Source: an uncultured Chthonomonadaceae bacterium (lineage in GTDB: Bacteria; Armatimonadota; Chthonomonadetes; Chthonomonadales; Chthonomonadaceae). Taken from it: a stretch of 64,000 nucleotides of DNA. The stretch's first letter is position 1. Each line of letters begins with the position of its first letter. The translations under genes were made by a program, and so were the position numbers. The stretch covers positions 128,001 to 192,000 of the forward strand of contig CAWFQB010000003.1 in NCBI GenBank assembly GCA_963817895.1, in the 5' to 3' direction. A model generated the notes under the pieces. It was given only the letters and a program-made list of their open reading frames with translations, was not told the DNA's origin and did no database searches. Below, in pieces: positions 1 to 9,620 of the stretch.

Positions 1-167
1 TGTAGACGAACGGACGCGCCACGCCGCTTGTTCCGACGAACCTGCTGCTGCGCCTGCGCGGACAAAACGGGCAGGCTTATCAGCAAGCCGCCCGCCAATG
101 CCGCCATGAGGCAGGAACCAATATGGAATTGTCGTACTCCAAAGCCGCTCAAAACGCTAACTCCCAT
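1..167 (-). CDS. N-terminal part of a probable secreted protein, truncated by the window edge
   Basis: Read manually: ATG at 167, MGVSVLSGFG...LMAALAGGLLISLPVLSAQAQQQ, signal-peptide-like; the start overlaps the anti-sigma gene stop. Confidence 0.45.
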   Translation of the reverse strand, partial: MGVSVLSGFGVRQFHIGSCLMAALAGGLLISLPVLSAQAQQQVRRNKRRGASVRL

Positions 168-807
168 TCGTCTCTCTGGTGTTCATTTCCCGGTTATTGG
201 TTTCTCTGGCATCGTTCTCTTTGCCGCTGTCCGCGCTTTCCAGATACTCCGCGGCCACATCGCCCAACGGGTCATTGGCCGTAAGCGCGACATTGCGCTG
301 CAAACTCTCGTGAACCGCGCTGCCCACACCGGTCGAGGAAGCCGGAACCGAAACAGTCAGGGGCGCATTCTGTCCGACCGGGGCGGGCAGATGCGTAAAC
401 ACCGCAAACGCGGCAATCCCCGCAGCGGCCATGCCAAGCCCGAAACCCGGTACGCGCCGGAGAGTGAAACCCGCCCGTAAGTTCGCGGCAGCGTCCCGCA
501 TCCAGTCGGCAAGCGAGTTCCGCCGCGCGGGTTCCGGCTCCAGCCCGTCCAGACGCGCATGGAGTTTCGCCATAAAGTCGTCGCTCGTATCCAGCCGCTC
601 GACGCTGTGCAGCAATTGAACGGTCGCCTGCATCTGCCGCGACACTTCGGCGCAGTCCGGGCAGGCGGTAAGATGCTTTTCCACGTCCCACACACTGCGG
701 GCGGAGAGCGTATTATCCTGATACGCGGAAAGCTGCTCGCGCGTCGCATGGCACACCGCGCTTTCGGTATCGCTATGTTTTTGAGATTGGCTTGTAAACA
801 GTTTCAT
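157..807 (-). CDS. zf-HC2 (ZAS) anti-sigma factor, single transmembrane helix
   Basis: HLTACPDC (HxxxCxxC) motif, a hydrophobic segment, directly downstream of an ECF sigma gene. Confidence 0.85.
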   Translation of the reverse strand: MKLFTSQSQKHSDTESAVCHATREQLSAYQDNTLSARSVWDVEKHLTACPDCAEVSRQMQATVQLLHSVERLDTSDDFMAKLHARLDGLEPEPARRNSLADWMRDAAANLRAGFTLRRVPGFGLGMAAAGIAAFAVFTHLPAPVGQNAPLTVSVPASSTGVGSAVHESLQRNVALTANDPLGDVAAEYLESADSGKENDARETNNREMNTRETNGS

Positions 808-825
808 GATGTTACCAGTTAAGAC

Positions 826-920
826 AGGTTGTTAGGTTGTTAGTTATCAGGTTGTTAGGTTTACAGGTGGTTAGGCTTCTGCTTTCCATCCTAATATCTA
901 TTATCTAATATCTAATATCT
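826..920. repeat. short-period tandem repeat element (GGTTGTTA arm and CTAATAT arm)
   Basis: Tandem 7/8-mers fill the sigma/anti-sigma spacer; the arms are only loosely complementary. Confidence 0.8.
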
Positions 921-923
921 TCC

Positions 924-1526
924 TCACGCCGCGCCTTTGAGATAGGGCGACAGCCGGGTACGCAGAGTATTGCGGGCGTTGAACAGGCGGGACTTCACGG
1001 TTCCCAGCGGGCAAGCGACAATCGCCGCGATCTCTTCATACGCCAAACCCTCGATGTCGTACAACAATACGACGGTACGCAGTTTTTCCGGCAGTTCGCG
1101 CAGGGCGGTTTCCAACTGCGTACCCAATTCTTTGTTCAGCAACAGGCGCTGCGGGTCGAACGCCACATCGGGAATGTCGCGCTGCGTCTCGTCCTCGTCG
1201 TCATTCTCCTGCGACAGCGAGGTGGTCATCCCCTGCGCCTTTTTGTTGCGGCGGCTGTAATCAATGCACTGGTTGGTGGCGATGCGAAACAGCCACGTAT
1301 TCAGGCTGGCGCGCGATTGAAACGAGTGTATGCTTACATACGCGCGAACAAAGGTTTCCTGCGTCAAATCTTCCGCGTCGGACGCGCTGGCAACCATGCG
1401 GTGAATATAATTATACACTTTGCTTTTGTAGCGCAGGACGATCTCATTGAAGGCGGCCCGGTCGTTCGCCTGGGCGCGCTGCACAAGGGCAAAGTCCGCC
1501 TGCATAATGTTCCCCACAGCAAACAT
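924..1526 (-). CDS. ECF RNA polymerase sigma factor (RpoE/SigW-like)
   Basis: Region 2 DAEDLTQETF...WLFRIATN; region 4 LAYEEIA...GTVKSRLFNAR. Confidence 0.92.
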   Translation of the reverse strand: MFAVGNIMQADFALVQRAQANDRAAFNEIVLRYKSKVYNYIHRMVASASDAEDLTQETFVRAYVSIHSFQSRASLNTWLFRIATNQCIDYSRRNKKAQGMTTSLSQENDDEDETQRDIPDVAFDPQRLLLNKELGTQLETALRELPEKLRTVVLLYDIEGLAYEEIAAIVACPLGTVKSRLFNARNTLRTRLSPYLKGAA

Positions 1527-1543
1527 GGTTTTCTCCACAGATT

Positions 1544-1571
1544 TTTGACAATCGCTGTTCGGCAATGTTCC
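1544..1571 (-). promoter_or_regulatory. putative ECF (sigmaE-type) autoregulatory promoter
   Basis: Minus strand GGAACAT-N16-TCAAA just upstream of the sigma start. Confidence 0.5.
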
Positions 1572-1736
1572 CCCAACTGTGGAAACACGAACGAAACAAC
1601 ATTTTCTCCATGCTTGCAGACGCATACAGTTCTCAATTGTTCATTTTCCGCCATCCGCTTTGAAAACAAACTGTTTTCAAAGCAGTCTCTTCTGCCTGAA
1701 CGCAATGGCGGCTGTAAATAATCCTCATATTCGCGT

Positions 1737-2777
1737 TCATTCGCGTTCATTCGCGGCCATATCCATTCTGACGGGATTTGGAACAGAATCATGTTGCCTG
1801 CTGGCGGCTTCAATTTGCGCGTAGGTTCCGGTTTGCAGGCCGAGGGCTTCGATGCGGGCGCGAACAGCAGGCGACAGCAGGGTATGTAGTTCTACGTCGC
1901 GCATATTGTCGCGCTGCAAGTCGGCAGGCAGGGCGCGGGCATGAATTGTGCCGGGATGGAAATAGATTTCGTTAGTAAGACAATGCAGGCGGTTCAGCAG
2001 TTCCAGCGTATACGCCTCATGCATGTTGCCGGTTTGCAGTTGTCCGTACACGCGACCGCACATAAACGCAGGCTTGCCGCCCAACGTCTGCCGCTCCGCC
2101 AACACCCGCAAATTCCGCCGCCGCAACGCCCGCAAAAACAGTGAAGACACGGTATTCATACTGAAACCCTCGAGGCGATTTTCGATTTTCGATTTTCGAT
2201 TTTCGATTGGGAACGTACTTGTATTTCGTATCTCCTCTTCTCCTCTTCTCCTTTTCTCCTTTTCTTCCCTTCCCTGCTTGAAATGCGCGCGTGTGTCTTC
2301 ACGAGGGACGCGCAGGCGGTGAACGTTATACGTGTCGCAGAGATCGAGCAGCGTGTCCCAAACGGTGGGGTGCAAATGAAAATGCTGGTGACCGTCTACA
2401 TGTGACCATTCCAGGCCGAACTGCGCGAAGCGGGCGAATTGCGCCGCCATTTCCTGCTTCATCTGCGCCTGCGCTTTTTTATTATAATAGTACAGCATGG
2501 CGACGCGAAACGGGTCCGCGCCGAACTTGCCTTCGCCATTCACAATCAGGGGAATATCACGGGATGGCAGCAGGGCATGATCGTAAGATACGACCAGATG
2601 CAGGCCGACGCCAAGCGTGGGAGTTTGCCGCGCGATTTTGACCGCCTGTTCGCAGCCGGGTTCCGCAACCATCAGGCTCGCGCTTGTCAGGATGCCTTCC
2701 CGATGCGCCCTCAAAATAGCCGCATTGACCTCCTCCGAATACCCGAAATCATCCGCATTGACAATCAAATACCGCAT
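1737..2777 (-). CDS. ChbG/HpnK (YdjC) family deacetylase
   Basis: LIVNADDFG, HVDGHQHFH and EIYFHPG motifs; contains an in-frame repeat-derived insertion near 2175-2272. Confidence 0.85.
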   Translation of the reverse strand: MRYLIVNADDFGYSEEVNAAILRAHREGILTSASLMVAEPGCEQAVKIARQTPTLGVGLHLVVSYDHALLPSRDIPLIVNGEGKFGADPFRVAMLYYYNKKAQAQMKQEMAAQFARFAQFGLEWSHVDGHQHFHLHPTVWDTLLDLCDTYNVHRLRVPREDTRAHFKQGREEKEKRRRGEEEIRNTSTFPIENRKSKIENRLEGFSMNTVSSLFLRALRRRNLRVLAERQTLGGKPAFMCGRVYGQLQTGNMHEAYTLELLNRLHCLTNEIYFHPGTIHARALPADLQRDNMRDVELHTLLSPAVRARIEALGLQTGTYAQIEAASRQHDSVPNPVRMDMAANERE

Positions 2778-2817
2778 AAGCGCTGTTCGTCCTGAATACA
2801 TGTGCCGGGTTGCAAGT

Positions 2818-2867
2818 TCCCCTTCTCCCAGGCTTTTTTGGGAGAAGGGGTCAGGGGTTGAGGGCTA
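2818..2867. repeat. dispersed palindrome CCCCTTCTCCC-N-GGGAGAAGGGG
   Basis: Near-identical inverted copy at 38209-38258; related copies near 25917, 39995 and 50867. Confidence 0.8.
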
Positions 2868-3156
2868 CTTTTACAGCGGCTCCCGCGCCCACTACGGTTG
2901 TCCACTCGCGTACCCGCCATTGCGTCACCAGTCCGTTGAGAACATAAGGGTCGGCGCGGGCAAAGTTGGCGGCCACATCGGGCGAAGAACCCTGAAACAG
3001 CAGCAACGCGCCGTCTATGGGATTGGCGAACGCGCCGCCCAATAACATTTCGCCGCGCTCTACTGAAGCCCGCGCGTGGGCAAGATGCGCGGCGCGAAAC
3101 GCCTGCCGCCGCTCGGCATAGTCTTCTACAACCTCATAAAACAACAGGTAGTGCAT
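2851..3156 (-). CDS. YciI-like protein
   Basis: RQAFRAAHL, LLGGAF and ADPYV motifs, about 100 aa. Confidence 0.85.
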   Translation of the reverse strand: MHYLLFYEVVEDYAERRQAFRAAHLAHARASVERGEMLLGGAFANPIDGALLLFQGSSPDVAANFARADPYVLNGLVTQWRVREWTTVVGAGAAVKVALNP

Positions 3157-3187
3157 AGCGCAAGCCTCCTCATTTCGCCCGTGCCGT

Positions 3188-4386
3188 TTACGGGTTTGCT
3201 TTGCCGAACTGTTCCTTTGCCGCGTTTTGAAACACCCCGCCGCTCTGGTCGCCGTTCTTGGGGAACCCGGCGTGCTGCACCATCCAGATCATAATCAGGC
3301 CGCGTTTGGCGTCAATGGTCATGTTGGTCGAGTACGCGCCGCCATGCCCGTACCAATCGCCGCCTGTTGCCCATCCCAACCCGTAGCCGTCGGGAAGGTC
3401 GCCGGTCTGCTTGCGCGTCATCTCGTGTACAGACGCTTCGGAAAGATAGCGTTTGCCGTCCAATTCGCCTTTGTTCAGTATCATCCGGCAGAAATGCGCG
3501 AGGTCGGCGGCGGTAGAAAACAGGCCGCCCGCAGGCATGGGATAGCGCGTGGATTTGTCATTGAGCGGATATTGCAACTGTCGCCACTGTGGTCTCTTCC
3601 AGATCGGTTTTATCCCCGTTGGGCTTATACGATTTTGCCAGCCGGGGCAGTTGCGCTTTCGTGGGCCAGAACGTCGTGTCCTTCATGCCGAGCGGGTCGA
3701 ACAGGCGCGTTTGCAGGAATTGCTCATAAGGCATGCCGCTCAACACTTCGATGATTCGCCCCGCCGTGTTGATGCCCGCATTGGCGTACTGGTATTTCGT
3801 GCCGGGCTCGTATTGCAGGGGCGACATGGCGTAGCTGCGCACAGCCGTTTGCAGCGGCAGTCCGTCGAGCGTGGGGTTTTCCATCGGGGACGAGAACGGC
3901 AGGCCGCTGGTATGGCTGAGAATTTCGCGTACGGTAATGGGATGCGCGGGAGGCGTCAACTTCTGGTGCGCTCTATCCTGCTCCGCGATCAGCCATTGCC
4001 CCCGAAACTCCGGCAGATATTTTTCGACGGGATCGTTCAGGTTCAGTTTGCCCTCGTCCACAAGCATCATCAGCGCGGTTGCGGTAATCGGCTTCGACTG
4101 CGACGCGATCCAGAACAGCGCGTTCGGCTTTCATCGGCTTGCCGCCCGCAATATCCGCGTACCCAACCGCTTCCACATCCAGAACTTTGTCCTTATCCGC
4201 AACCAGCGCGACCGCGCCCGCCAGCGCGTGACTATCCACGAACGGCTGCAAAGCGGAAGCAATCTTGCGCGTTGAATTTGTGGAAACAGCGGGAGAAGTC
4301 TGCGCGGAAGCAGGCAACGCGGCAAAACCAAGCGCGGCGATCAGCAGCGCGAGAGGAAGACAGCAAAACAGGTTTGTCGTCAGCAT
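3188..4386 (-). CDS. serine hydrolase (beta-lactamase family), secreted; two apparent frameshifts (about 4130 and 3585)
   Basis: Signal peptide, IASQSK (SxxK, read across the shift), LSHTSG, YQYAN and HGGA, spread over three ORF pieces. Confidence 0.85.
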
Positions 4387-4417
4387 AATTTTTATAGTTT
4401 ACCTTCCTCAAATCATT

Positions 4418-5672
4418 GGTAGCACCGCATTAAACGGTGAAAAGTAGGGTTGCGGCGCAACAGGGTGGGTGAATGCGCAAGTGGGTTCGGCTGCTTCGTA
4501 GAGTTGGTTACCACACCAAAACTCACGGAGGTCGCCATGAACCCACAACCCCTATTCTGCCTTAATCTGGCCTGTTCGTCAAGAGGCTTGCAAAATGCAG
4601 GCAACATCATCGTTCACGACAGTCTGCGCGACCGCTTTCGCTGCAAGACCTGCGGACACACCTTTAGCGCCAGCAAAGGAACCCTGTTCTACCGGCTGCG
4701 CACCGACCCCAAGATCGTCATCTGTGTGCTGACACTTCTCGCCTGTGGGTGTCCGCTTCCTGCCATTGTCCGCGCTTTCGGCTTTGACGAGCGAACCGTC
4801 ACGAACTGGCAGCACAAAGCGGGGCAACATTGTGAAGCCGTCCACACGCATCTGGTGACAGGACACGCGCGCGACTTGCAGCAGGTGCAAGCCGATGAGG
4901 TTCGCGTCAAGCTGCAAGCGCGTCTGGTGATCTGGATGGCGATGGCAATCTGCGTTCCCTCGCGCTTGTGGCTGGGCGGGGTTCTCTCGCCGCACCGAGA
5001 CAAACGCCTGATTGTCCGTCTGGTCGCTGTGGTCAAAGCCTGTGCGCAACACGCGCCCTTGCTGCTGATGAGCGATGGCTTGAGCAGTTATGTTCCGGCC
5101 TGGTGCCACGCCTTCCGCGAGGCGGTTCGTACCGGCAAGGTAGGTTGCCCGCGTTTACAGACGTGGCCGCATCTGGTAATCGGGCAAGTGGTCAAGCAGT
5201 ACGAACGTGGGCGCGTGATTGGCGTCGCGCAACGTCTGATACACGGCACGGTGGATCAACTGCAAGGCTTGCAGCCCGACGAACACAAACTCAACACGGC
5301 CTATATCGAACGGCTCAATGCGACCTTCCGGCAACGGCTGTGTTGCTTGACACGGCGCGGTCGGTGTTTAGTTCGCCACGAAGCCACATTGCAGGCGGGC
5401 ATGTACTTGCTCGGTTGCGTGTACAACTTCTGTACGTTTCACAAGAGCCTGCGCCAGGAGCAGGGCAAAGGTTCGGGCAAGTGGCAACAGCGTACTCCGG
5501 CGATGGCCGCGGGGATCACGCAAGAGTGCTGGAGCGTGACCGATTTGTTCGCCTACCGAGTACCGCCTGCGCCGTTTGTTGCCAGAAAGCGGCGGGGCCG
5601 CCCACCGGGAAGCGGCAAGAAAACGGCGCAAACGAGCGCACAAGCATAATCACACTTAACTGTGGGGCTACC
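4418..5672 (+). mobile_element. IS1-family insertion sequence, 1255 bp
   Basis: Terminal inverted repeats GGTAGCACCGCATTAAACGGTGA and GGTAGCCCCACAGTTAAGTGTGA (17/23 identical); 8-bp direct repeat AAATCATT at 4410-4417 and 5673-5680. Confidence 0.9.
4537..5649 (+). CDS. IS1-like DDE transposase (zinc ribbon, HTH, DDE)
   Basis: CxxxxC...CKTC, QADE, SDG and YIERLNATFR motifs. Confidence 0.85.
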   Translation: MNPQPLFCLNLACSSRGLQNAGNIIVHDSLRDRFRCKTCGHTFSASKGTLFYRLRTDPKIVICVLTLLACGCPLPAIVRAFGFDERTVTNWQHKAGQHCEAVHTHLVTGHARDLQQVQADEVRVKLQARLVIWMAMAICVPSRLWLGGVLSPHRDKRLIVRLVAVVKACAQHAPLLLMSDGLSSYVPAWCHAFREAVRTGKVGCPRLQTWPHLVIGQVVKQYERGRVIGVAQRLIHGTVDQLQGLQPDEHKLNTAYIERLNATFRQRLCCLTRRGRCLVRHEATLQAGMYLLGCVYNFCTFHKSLRQEQGKGSGKWQQRTPAMAAGITQECWSVTDLFAYRVPPAPFVARKRRGRPPGSGKKTAQTSAQA

Positions 5673-5837
5673 AAATCATTGTTCGCCTGTATAAAAGTAA
5701 CCAAGCGAACCGCGCATTGTGAAACCGTTCGCGCGTTGGAACCGTCTCGTCAGGCAACATGTCACCTTTGCATTGTTCGTGAATGGCGGCGTATCTCCCT
5801 GCTAGAATACGTCGCCAATGGAGAAAGTCACACTACT

Positions 5838-7073
5838 ATGAACAACACGCGCCGCCGCAACAAACCGTTTCTTAACGTCGTCCGGTTCTCGCGTTCTTTC
5901 CTGAGCGCGGGAACCCTGATGCTGACGATGGGCGCTCTGCTGGCGTTCGCGCCTCACCGGGCCAACGCCGACACCGTTTTTCTGGACACGTTTGAAACTG
6001 ATTCCGCCGGATGGATGGGCTACGGCCCCCATGCGCGAGTAGGCACAACCAACGAAGCCGGTAAAGTGAAAAACGGCAAAAGCGCCCTTGCCTTCAATTA
6101 CCGCATTGAGAACGGCGGCGGGGCAGCCGAACCGGGTCAACCCCCGATTGACGCGCTTGTACGCTCGGTTCCCGACGGGCAACTGGCGAAAGCCCGCGCC
6201 CTGAGTTTCTGGGCGCGAACCGACGCCAACACGCCGCTCGCCCTGACCCTGACGGAAAAGAACGGCGGCGGGCGCTATATGGCGCTCATCTGGCTGGCAA
6301 AAAACCAGTGGCAGCATGTGGTTGTCACGATGGAAGATTTTTATCTGACGGACGGCAAGGACGACCCTAAAGACCCTGACGGCAAGCTGGACATGGATCA
6401 GGTCGAAAGCGTCACTCTGCTCAGTCTCTACTCTTACATGGCGTTGAGCGTCAAGGAGAATCCCAGTAACGCCGCGCTGTTCCCCGCGCAAACCGGCGAA
6501 CATTCGCTTTGGATTGATGACTTCACCGCCCTGACGGCTGCGCCCCCTGCCGACAGGCCGGAACCCCCGCTTCCTGAAGAAAAAAGCGGCGTATGGCTCG
6601 AATCCCTGCGGCGCGACGCCCCGGCATGGCTTCCGCTCGGCAATGTGGACATGAAACTTGATCCCGCCGCGCCCACCAAAGGCCGCGCCCTGCGACTGGA
6701 TTACACGCAGGAGAAGGGCAAAATCGCCGCCATTGCCCACGACCTGCACAACCTCAACCTGACCCGCTGCAATCAGTTGCAGTTCGACATCGCTTCCGTA
6801 AAAGCTACCAAAATCATTCTGGTTCTGGAAGAGAAAAGCGGCGCGAAATACAACGCCATTGTGGACGTTCCCGCCGACAGCGCCCTCTCGCATAAAGCCG
6901 TATTTTTCATCAACTTCGTCCTGTCCGACGACTTGCCCCCGGACCCCAACGGCAAACTGGACCTCGATCAACTGAAATCGCTCACCATCGTAGACCTTGC
7001 CTCCTTCACCGCCGAAACCGCGCAGCCCAACACGCTCTGGCTTGGCCCGCTCCGCGCTTCACAGGGCAAGTAA
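5838..7073 (+). CDS. secreted protein with two tandem carbohydrate-binding-like (CBM11-like) domains
   Basis: Signal peptide ending ANA-D; internal repeat DPDGKLDMDQVES / DPNGKLDLDQLKS. Confidence 0.6.
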   Translation: MNNTRRRNKPFLNVVRFSRSFLSAGTLMLTMGALLAFAPHRANADTVFLDTFETDSAGWMGYGPHARVGTTNEAGKVKNGKSALAFNYRIENGGGAAEPGQPPIDALVRSVPDGQLAKARALSFWARTDANTPLALTLTEKNGGGRYMALIWLAKNQWQHVVVTMEDFYLTDGKDDPKDPDGKLDMDQVESVTLLSLYSYMALSVKENPSNAALFPAQTGEHSLWIDDFTALTAAPPADRPEPPLPEEKSGVWLESLRRDAPAWLPLGNVDMKLDPAAPTKGRALRLDYTQEKGKIAAIAHDLHNLNLTRCNQLQFDIASVKATKIILVLEEKSGAKYNAIVDVPADSALSHKAVFFINFVLSDDLPPDPNGKLDLDQLKSLTIVDLASFTAETAQPNTLWLGPLRASQGK

Positions 7074-7076
7074 GAA

Positions 7077-7156
7077 GGTTGTTAGTTGTTAGGTTGTTAG
7101 GTAAGTATGCCGCTCCACCATGAAGATTTAACCTGACAACTAACAACCTAACAACC
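7077..7156. repeat. palindromic tandem repeat element (GGTTGTTA/TAACAACC)
   Basis: Inverted arms between convergent stop codons. Confidence 0.85.
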
Positions 7157-7159
7157 TTC

Positions 7160-7838
7160 CTAAAACGGCAGTAACGAGCGGCGGCGGAACCATCCGGTCA
7201 GGCTGTAGCGGGAACGGGTTGCGGGCAGAACCTCGTGCGGAACCGTGTCGCTGCGGAACAGGGCGAGAGTTCCGGCATGGGGCAGCACATCTACGCAGGA
7301 TACCGGGGATACTTCCGGCGGGGCGTTCACAGATTTGTTCTGCGCGTTCTGCCGCGTCTTCGGTTTGGGCTTCTTCCGAGTACAGGCGCAGTTGCCCGCC
7401 GTCCGCTTCGCTCCAGCCGGGATTGAGATATAGCGTGGTGGAGATCATGCGCTCATCCGAACTCTGGAAGCGGTCAACGTGCTTGCGGTAAAACGCGCCC
7501 GGTTCGTACACGGCGTAATGCGCTTCCAGCGAGACGAGGCTGAGAAACAGTTCCCGGTTGAGCGTCTGCCGCAAGGCATCCATAGCCGCCCAGTACGGCT
7601 CCTGCGCAGGCGTGGGTTCCTGTGGGTTCAGCCAGAGGATTTGATCGCTGCGTATGTCCGTCCTCGCCGCCTGCCCGCTTCCGCGCCCGATGCCCGCTGC
7701 GCGAAAACGCTGTTCCCGCCCGTATTGTTCGGCTTCCCCGCGCAGCGCGGCGATATTTTCCGGCGCGAGAAAAAAGGGGAGGATCGTCCAACCCCGTTCC
7801 GCCAGTTCCAACGCCGCCAGTTCATAATCAGAGTTCAT
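7160..7838 (-). CDS. 2OG-Fe(II) oxygenase (EGLN/SM-20-like); one frameshift near 7290
   Basis: IRSDQILWL, YRKHVD and GGQLRLY; the shifted frame gives PHEVLPATRSRYSLTGWF. Confidence 0.85.
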
Positions 7839-7919
7839 GTTGGCTTGCCTGCTCCCGAATTATATGCGCGGGCGCAACTCACCGCGCCTGCATGACGGAC
7901 GCGGTTACGAACTTCGCCT

Positions 7920-8129
7920 TCAGTGTTGTGGACGACGGTACACGTAGACGAGGCCGTTGTTGCCGCCCGTCTGCGCGTCGCTCAACACCTGAACCGAAAA
8001 CAATTCCCAGCCCAATTCCACGTAGGCGTTACCTTCCTGATTGAGCATTTCCTGAAGGGCTTCCCCGAAACTCTCGATGTCGTTCCACACCGACATGCCT
8101 TTGGTTTTGACCATGTATTCGTATTTCAT
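7920..8129 (-). CDS. small DUF4177-like protein
   Basis: MKYEY...LN...GWELFSV...YVYRRP pattern, GGAGG ribosome-binding site. Confidence 0.6.
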   Translation of the reverse strand: MKYEYMVKTKGMSVWNDIESFGEALQEMLNQEGNAYVELGWELFSVQVLSDAQTGGNNGLVYVYRRPQH

Positions 8130-8169
8130 AATCACCCTCCGTATAAAATAGACGGTGCAGTAGCCACAT

Positions 8170-8646
8170 CTATCGCGTTCCCCATTCCCACAATCCGTAA
8201 GAGATGTTGTCCGGCAGGGGATGCCCGGCGTGTTTGAGCGCCCATTCGATCTGTCCGCGATGGTGGGACTCGTGCGCGATAAGATAGCCGATAAACGCGA
8301 CAGCGTGAGGCTTGAAGCCTTTGATTTTGCCGCCCGCCGCCAACCCGCGCCGCGCCAGTTCCGCAACGCCTTTGGCGGACGCTTCCAAAGCGGCGGACAG
8401 TTGCTCGCTCGCGCCTGTAGTTCCCGTTTCCAGTTTTTCCAGCCCGTCCATCAGGTTGGGCGCGGCAGATTTCAGCCACATCAGCCGCACATTATGGATG
8501 TGGGCGAACAGACCGTAAACAGTGCGCCCACGCGCTGTCAGCGACGCCGACAAACCCTCCGGCGGAACAGCCGCCAGAAGGTACAAATGGATTCGTTGAT
8601 GAATTTCCCACGTTTCCACAAGTTGTTCCGCAATTTGCTCATTCAT
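8170..8646 (-). CDS. DinB family protein
   Basis: AHIHNVR and HESHHRGQ motifs. Confidence 0.85.
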   Translation of the reverse strand: MNEQIAEQLVETWEIHQRIHLYLLAAVPPEGLSASLTARGRTVYGLFAHIHNVRLMWLKSAAPNLMDGLEKLETGTTGASEQLSAALEASAKGVAELARRGLAAGGKIKGFKPHAVAFIGYLIAHESHHRGQIEWALKHAGHPLPDNISYGLWEWGTR

Positions 8647-8652
8647 GCCGAC

Positions 8653-8681
8653 AGTATAGCAAGAAGGTGAAATGGTGTCAA
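8653..8681 (-). promoter_or_regulatory. sigma70-type promoter, probably giving a leaderless DinB-family mRNA
   Basis: TTGACA-N17-TATACT ending 6 nt before the ATG. Confidence 0.65.
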
Positions 8682-8858
8682 CATCAATTTTGAGGGCTTG
8701 CTTATTTTTTACAAATTTCACGTCATTTTAATATATCGGTGCTATGCTAAACTCGTGGGGAACACTTCGATTTATAATGCGACGGCGTTGTACTGTAGCC
8801 CCCATTCGCGTGTATTCGCGTTCATTCGCGGCTAAATTCCTATTTGGATAAATGGATT

Positions 8859-9593
8859 ATGAAGATACTGCTGATTGAAGACGAAGCGGGCATTGCCGGG
8901 TTGATACGGCGCGGACTGGAAAACGCGAACTACGCCGTAGATGTTGCCTCCGATGGCAAAACCGGGCTGAACATGGCGCTGGATACCGCGTACAACCTGA
9001 TTATTCTGGATGTGATGCTGCCGGGTATGGACGGGATGCGGGTGTGCGCGGAACTGCGCGCGCAGAAGCAGCGCGTCCCGATTCTAATGCTGACGGCGCG
9101 GGACGGGATCGAAGACCGGGTGCGCGGGCTGGATACGGGGGCCGATGATTACCTTGCCAAGCCGTTCGATTTCGCGGAACTACTGGCGCGGGTTCGGGCG
9201 CAATTGCGGCGCGACAAGGTACATCGGACACGGACTATTCGGGTCGGTGATCTGGAAATTGATACCGCGCAACGGCGCGTGACGCGGGCGGGAACCGAGA
9301 TCGGACTCAGCCACCGCGAGTACGAACTGCTGGAAGCCCTCGCCTCCAATGAGAGCCGGGTGCTGACGCGCGAAGCCATTCAGGAGCGTATCTGGCAGAA
9401 CGAAGACTCGTACTCCAATACCGTTGACGTATACATCGGGATGCTGCGCAAGAAAATAGACGCGGGGCAGGCCGTGAAACTGATTCATACCGTGCATGGC
9501 GTGGGGTATACGCTGCGCCTGCCAGAAGAGACGGCGCTGACCAATGCTCCGCATCCGACAGGAGCAAACTCCACAGGAGAAAACACTCCTTGA
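8859..9593 (+). CDS. OmpR-family response regulator
   Basis: LLIEDE, LDVMLP and GADDYLAKPF motifs, winged-helix C-terminus. Confidence 0.93.
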   Translation: MKILLIEDEAGIAGLIRRGLENANYAVDVASDGKTGLNMALDTAYNLIILDVMLPGMDGMRVCAELRAQKQRVPILMLTARDGIEDRVRGLDTGADDYLAKPFDFAELLARVRAQLRRDKVHRTRTIRVGDLEIDTAQRRVTRAGTEIGLSHREYELLEALASNESRVLTREAIQERIWQNEDSYSNTVDVYIGMLRKKIDAGQAVKLIHTVHGVGYTLRLPEETALTNAPHPTGANSTGENTP

Positions 9594-9620
9594 ATTCAGT
9601 CTTCCAATCTTTATCTTTCC

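Noticed and set aside
4968..7073. 701-aa ORF as a transposase-CBM fusion
   Set aside because: The first 290 codons are an alternative frame of the IS and its flank; a signal-peptide start exists at 5838.
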